DNA of 64,000 nt from Candidatus Dormiibacterota bacterium (GTDB lineage Bacteria > Chloroflexota > Dormibacteria > Aeolococcales > Aeolococcaceae), in contig CAVPXI010000004.1 in the NCBI GenBank assembly GCA_963709585.1, positions 64,001-128,000 of the forward strand, written 5' to 3'. This document shows, one piece after another, positions 59,401-64,000 of the stretch (its first letter is position 1; the number at the start of each line of letters is the position of its first letter). The notes below the pieces were generated by a model that made no database searches, was not told where the DNA came from, and was given only the letters and a program-made list of their open reading frames with translations. A program made the translations under genes and the position numbers.

Positions 59401-60504
59401 CTAGCCGTGCAGGATCGGCCCGGTCTCGACGACCTGGAACGCGTTCCCCGGGACTGACTTCAGCTGATCGAGATTGCTGTCGTTCCAGCGTGGATCAGTC
59501 GCGCCGCTGATGTACCAACTGCTGCCGTTGTCGGCGACGATCATGCCGTACGTCTTCAGCGCCTTGAGGATCACCAGCGCCTCGCCGCTGTATCCCGCGA
59601 GACTGAACGACGCCTCGAGACGCAACCGGAGTCCCATCGGCGGAAGGCTCGGATTGCTGACGCCCGCCTGGTGCGTCGCGGGGTGGATGAAACCGTTCTG
59701 CGTCTCGGCAACCGTGAAGCGGAGTGCGTGGTTGATGACGCCCGAGGCAACCTCGTTGTAGAGGGCGAGTCCCGGAAGGATCGGCAGGCCGGCCGCGTCG
59801 GCCGACGTCCACCCGTCCGGACGCAGCGCGTTGCTGCTCAGGTTGAACACCGCGCCCGATGCGCAGACCCATCCGCTGCCGGCCCGCTGCGCGTTGTACA
59901 TCTCGTACAGGTGGCAGTTTCCCGAGTCGACGACGAGCACATGGTGGTCGCTGCCCGATTCCACGGGTGCGTTGAGCGGCACCGGGTACGGCCCGGGATT
60001 GCTTTCGCTGCCATACGCGTTGAAGGTGATCGGCACGAACTTCTGAGACGCCGGAACCACTGTGTACGGAATGCCGTACGTCGGGTTCGACCCGAAGTCC
60101 GGGTGCAGGAACTGCTTCGTGGCGTCGATTGCGGCGATGTACGTCGATGACATCGGATCGAGCGGGGCGTTCGCGATGTTCTGGTTCCACGCGTTGTTGG
60201 TCGGGAAGACCTGGCATCCGCCGACGATGGTTCGAGGGCCTGACGCGGCGGCCGGTCTTGTCGAGGTGGTGTGGGATACGGGCTTTGCGCTGGGCCTCGC
60301 CGTGGCCCGCGCCGTCGACGCGGGCTGCGATGAGGCCGATGCGGTGGGAGGTCCGGGGAGATGAGGCAGCGCGCCGAGGATGGCTCCGGCCGGAGTCGGG
60401 ACCGCCTGCCCGGAGGGGCCGCTGCAGGCGGTGACCACAACAAGTGAGCACACCAATGTCATGCCACACCGGAGGCTCGGCGTCGCTGCTCGCAGCCGGA
60501 TCAC
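59401..60504 (-). CDS. Conserved hypothetical lipoprotein
   Basis: Lipobox VVTAC, Ser/Thr/Pro linker, SADAAGLPILPGL, HALRF, YGMIVADNG. Confidence 0.75.
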   Translation of the reverse strand: MIRLRAATPSLRCGMTLVCSLVVVTACSGPSGQAVPTPAGAILGALPHLPGPPTASASSQPASTARATARPSAKPVSHTTSTRPAAASGPRTIVGGCQVFPTNNAWNQNIANAPLDPMSSTYIAAIDATKQFLHPDFGSNPTYGIPYTVVPASQKFVPITFNAYGSESNPGPYPVPLNAPVESGSDHHVLVVDSGNCHLYEMYNAQRAGSGWVCASGAVFNLSSNALRPDGWTSADAAGLPILPGLALYNEVASGVINHALRFTVAETQNGFIHPATHQAGVSNPSLPPMGLRLRLEASFSLAGYSGEALVILKALKTYGMIVADNGSSWYISGATDPRWNDSNLDQLKSVPGNAFQVVETGPILHG

Positions 60505-60613
60505 GAACGTAGCATGGCCGCCCCACGACCGTGGATCGTGACGAGCCGGTCACGACGCCGGCGGATCAGCGGCTGGCATAGGCGCATCGCACGCGCTATC
60601 CTCCCAAGTTCGT

Positions 60614-60685
60614 GCGGGAGTAACTCAACGGCAGAGTGCAACCTTCCCAAGGTTGAAGTTGCGGGTTCGAGCCCCGTCTCCCGCT
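60614..60685 (+). tRNA. tRNA-Gly(CCC), CCA not encoded
   Basis: GCGGGAGTAACTCAACGGCAGAGTG-CAACC-TTCCCAA-GGTTG-AAGTTGCGGGTTCGAGCCCCGTCTCCCGCT. Confidence 0.93.
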
Positions 60686-61460
60686 GACAGCGTCAGTTTC
60701 GAACGGGATCGGATCAGTCTCGATGGCCGCCTAAGTAGCCTGCAAGTTGAATTGAGACCGTTTCTCAATCGGTTTGTGAGCAAATCTGAGAAGGCGGCGC
60801 GCGTGAAGCCGGGTTGGGCATCGGACACGCCGGTTCCGCGGCAGGGGGAGGAGACATCCCCGCCGACCCGTGCATCGATTTACCTCCTTGGCCGCTGTGT
60901 GCTCGGACGAGCAAACGTGTCCGCAACACCCGTGCAGGCCCACGGGACGCGTCCCGATAGGAAACGCGGCGCGTAGCTGATCGTCCGAGTTGACGGAAAC
61001 CCTGTATGCGAATCGGGGTCCTGCGTGATCGAATGTGGTCGTGAGTGCCGAGTGCCGCGTTGATTCCGGGGTTGCCTTCTCTTGTATCCCAATGCTGTGA
61101 GCGATCTTGCAACAACCCCCGCTCTCGCCACACGCGCCGCTCCGGCTCTGCCCCGCCTCCGTCGTCCGCGGTGCGGGCGCAACGCTTCGCTTTGATTCGT
61201 GTGTGTCGCGCCGCCCACCAGACGTCAATGGCACGTCCGCGGCACCGTCATCGATTTCCGCGACAAGCCGGTGTCCGAGCGGCTTGGCCTGCATCGGCGA
61301 ACGGAGCGCTGGGCAGTCACCATCGTCCAAGGATGGCGGCGGTCTCTACCGCGCGCTGTGGCTACGGCCCAGCTCAGGCCCCACTGAGACCCACCGTTCG
61401 GACGTACACGCCTCGCCAGGGCCGCGGTCGATCCGCCACCCCTAGCACGCGCCTCCTGGA

Positions 61461-63098
61461 TCAGCAGCTGGGATTGGCTTCGATCGGGCCGGTGAAGGCG
61501 CCGAGGCTCGTAGCGGTCACCCTGCCGTACTGCGCGTCGCCGCCGAACGTATTGCCGTTGCGCATCTGTCCGAACTCCCACATGCAAGCTCCCTCGACCT
61601 TGGCCAAGGTCCAGTACGGATAGAACGCGGCACCGGACGGCGGCATGACACAGCCATGGCCGTTGGCAAGGTTGCAGCCTGGCTGCGTCGCCGAGTTGTC
61701 CGTCTCGAGCTGAATGGATTCGTAAGTCTTGCCGCGACTGGTCGGCTGGCTCTGCAGGAAGGTTGCTGGGTACCTGTCTGGCACCAGTGAATCCGGCCAG
61801 TCGGCGACGTAGTTGCTGCCGTCGTAGTCGAGATCGCCAACCGCGGTGAAGAAGACGTCACAGCCGGTTACCAGGTTGGGCGGGGTAGTGCCGCCGTGCG
61901 TGTCGCCCTTGGTGTAGCAGGGGGCGTCGCCGGGCTCGTTGACACTACCCGTGTCTCGTGGCACCTCGTACGGGCCGACGCAGTGGAGCGCGTACTTGTC
62001 GGTAAAGGTGCCGTCGGTGAACGTCGCGCTGCCGGTCACCTTGCTGCAGGGCTCGAAGTGACCAATTTCGAACTGGCTATTGATGGCGTACGGGCCGGCG
62101 CCCCACGGAAGGATGTTTTGCGCGCTGTCGCTGTTGTACTCGGGCTGGAAGTTGTACGGCGTCCCCGAGCAGTCCGCGATGTTCGTGTTCATGAACCCGT
62201 TCGCCGCGGACGCGATCATGTAGCCGGATTGGCCGGTGGCGAGATCGGTTTCCAACGCCTCCAGCGCGTGTCCTCCATTGATCGTGGCATTGAAGATGTG
62301 GACGTTCACCCTGTCGCCTGGGTTCATGAGGAACGTGTTGTGGTTGGGGGTGAACGTGGCCAGATTCGTCAGTTGTGGGCTCGGTGGCCCCGTCGGTACG
62401 CCGTTGGTCTGGATGAAGGCGAAGTTGACCGGCTCGACACAGTTGTTGTTGCAGTTGCCGTTGGCGGCGCATTCCAAGCTGTCGATGTTTAGCGCCGAGC
62501 ACCAGTGCGAGTTGTCGCAGCTAACGTTGTCAGCGAATGGCGCGAAACCAGGCGCGTAGAACTGTAGTTCGAGGAATGCTCCCCCGGCACCCGGATACCG
62601 GCCGCTGGGTGCGTTGCCATCCCTCTCGGGCGTGCACGGTAGCTGCGGGAAGGAATTCGAATCGCATAGCGACATGGAGAACCACGGCGCAACCGAAAGC
62701 TCGAAGTTGTGCGTGATGTCCGAGCCGGGATGGGCGACGGTCGGATCCGCTACGGGATCCTTGCCGATCGTCTCGGTGATGTTGAAGTCGTTGCCCGTCC
62801 CCGGCTTGTTCGAGACGAAGCGCACGGTCGGCTCATCGTGGCCGATGTACCAACCGTTGTCTTCGAAGCGCTTGGTTGGATTGGTGCGTGGGTCCGCGCA
62901 CACGAGGGTCGGTTTGAGCGTCTTCTGGAGCTTGCTGAAACCGTTGCAATCCAGCTCGCCGGTGGCGCTGGGCCGCACTCTCATCGGCGACGTCTGAGCG
63001 GCGACGCCGGTGAACGCGAGCTGTCCACTCATCAGTCCGAGTGTGCTGAGCAGCACTGCGACCTTCGCCAGGCGCTTCGGTGTCGTTCGACCTGTCAT
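61461..63098 (-). CDS. Secreted Cys-rich hypothetical protein
   Basis: Signal peptide, many Cys, YIGHDEP, FLELQFY, FYPYW; 545 aa. Confidence 0.8.
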   Translation of the reverse strand: MTGRTTPKRLAKVAVLLSTLGLMSGQLAFTGVAAQTSPMRVRPSATGELDCNGFSKLQKTLKPTLVCADPRTNPTKRFEDNGWYIGHDEPTVRFVSNKPGTGNDFNITETIGKDPVADPTVAHPGSDITHNFELSVAPWFSMSLCDSNSFPQLPCTPERDGNAPSGRYPGAGGAFLELQFYAPGFAPFADNVSCDNSHWCSALNIDSLECAANGNCNNNCVEPVNFAFIQTNGVPTGPPSPQLTNLATFTPNHNTFLMNPGDRVNVHIFNATINGGHALEALETDLATGQSGYMIASAANGFMNTNIADCSGTPYNFQPEYNSDSAQNILPWGAGPYAINSQFEIGHFEPCSKVTGSATFTDGTFTDKYALHCVGPYEVPRDTGSVNEPGDAPCYTKGDTHGGTTPPNLVTGCDVFFTAVGDLDYDGSNYVADWPDSLVPDRYPATFLQSQPTSRGKTYESIQLETDNSATQPGCNLANGHGCVMPPSGAAFYPYWTLAKVEGACMWEFGQMRNGNTFGGDAQYGRVTATSLGAFTGPIEANPSC

Positions 63099-63343
63099 GG
63101 CCCACCCTCCCGGCGGGATCTATTTGCCCCTGGCCGCCGCGATTGGGAACCCTACTGCCGGACGGCCACCCGCGTCAAGCCGGCCTCGAGGCGAAGGGTG
63201 GTGCTGTTTACGAACCCTCAACGTACGTCGTCTCCTCCGGCTCGCCGAAACGCTGCGCACTCCGCAGCTCCACCACCCACCCGGCTGGGGGGTCGTACGG
63301 CACCCCAATATGGCGCACGCTCGAGTTCAAAGTCGGACCAGCT

Positions 63344-63390
63344 CCTTCCCAAGGTTGAAGTTGCGGGTTCGAGCCCCGTCTGCCGCTGAC
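63344..63390 (+). repeat. Duplicated 3' half of tRNA-Gly (att site)
   Basis: Anticodon arm to 3' end, identical except one C>G in the acceptor stem. Confidence 0.9.
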
Positions 63391-63521
63391 CTAGCCAGTT
63401 TCAATCAGCTTCGTATAACCATTGATTGCAGTTGATCCGCCGCTTCGGCAGCCCGGACACCGTCGCCGCCAGGTCCGCGATTGTCCGCAGTCAGGTCGCG
63501 ACGACCCGCTTCGATTCGTGC

Positions 63522-64000
63522 ATGTCGCGCCGTCATGGACAAGCAGCTGGCGGCGGCACTCGCACGTACCACGCCTGGAAGGGCATGCTGAGCCGTTGCA
63601 GGAATCCCTTTAGTGCCGATTGGGTGCGCTATGGCGGGCGCGGCATCACCGTTTGCCGTCGCTGGCATCGCTTCGAGCACTTTCTCGCCGACATGGGCCC
63701 ATGTCCTGACGGCCTCACCCTGGATCGGATCAACAACGAAAGCCATTACGAACCGGGCAACTGCCGTTGGACGACCTGGGAGCAGCAGATGCTCAATCGG
63801 CGCTCAATCCGCGGCGAGCGCCATCCCAATGCGAAGCTTACAGTCGATGACGTGTCGTCTATCCGGCGCTTGGCGCGCTCCGGAGTCACGTACCGGGCCA
63901 ACGCATCAGTGTTCGGAGTCAGTTCAGCGAACGTGGGGTACATCGTGCGAGGGGAGGCATGGCGCGAGCTCGTCAGAGACCCCGGCCAGGAAAGTAGGGG
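63522..64000 (+). CDS. Phage-type HNH endonuclease with C-terminal HTH (runs off window end)
   Basis: Hand translation: TYHAWKGMLSRC...YGGRGITVC..W..FEHFLADMG...TLDRINN...YEPGNCRW...GERHPNAKLT. Confidence 0.85.
   Translation, partial: MSRRHGQAAGGGTRTYHAWKGMLSRCRNPFSADWVRYGGRGITVCRRWHRFEHFLADMGPCPDGLTLDRINNESHYEPGNCRWTTWEQQMLNRRSIRGERHPNAKLTVDDVSSIRRLARSGVTYRANASVFGVSSANVGYIVRGEAWRELVRDPGQESR

Larger units (their letters stand above)
60642..63390. mobile_element. Small tRNA-Gly-anchored island bounded by att-like direct repeats
   Basis: 47-bp repeat CCTTCCCAAGG...CCGCTGAC at 60642-60688 and 63344-63390, one mismatch. Confidence 0.7.

Noticed and set aside
60690-61450. Coding genes in the island spacer
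   Set aside because: The ORFs are Arg/Pro-rich in all frames, with no SD or domain signal
63300-63390. Second complete tRNA-Gly
   Set aside because: The 5' acceptor strand and D-arm are absent

Overview
GC-rich chromosomal window from a Terrabacteria-type organism. The Gram-positive LexA box, the coproporphyrin-type hemE/hemH pair and the gene content fit Ca. Dormibacterota/Chloroflexota or Actinomycetota; this is an inference. From left to right: (i) an integrative element at the 3' end of tRNA-Ser(TGA), with a tyrosine integrase, an excisionase, an intact IS256 with terminal inverted repeats and target duplication, and an ECF sigma/membrane partner pair; (ii) aromatic catabolism genes (FAH, DinB-like protein, aminotransferase, hmgA, PaaZ/BoxD-type aldehyde dehydrogenase), separated by tRNA-Ser(GCT) and an accessory block; (iii) a LexA-box-controlled imuA-imuB-small gene-dnaE2 cassette; (iv) a large envelope glycosylation/sorting region (Yip1, GT2-GtrA-GAF, CPBP protease, tail-anchored protein, three GT-C enzymes, GT2, GT4, M1P guanylyltransferase-PMM) containing nadA with an NrtR-type box; (v) MMPL, hemH, hemE and an acyl-CoA ligase; (vi) tRNA-Gly(CCC) with its 3' half duplicated 2.7 kb downstream, followed by a phage-type HNH gene. 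About eight genes carry single frameshifts, most likely long-read errors. The most novel-looking signals are three unannotated structured intergenic RNA candidates (27.9 kb, 39.0 kb, 46.0 kb) and a possible CPBP/GT-C protein anchoring and glycosylation system. All product calls come from motif recognition by eye; no database search was run.
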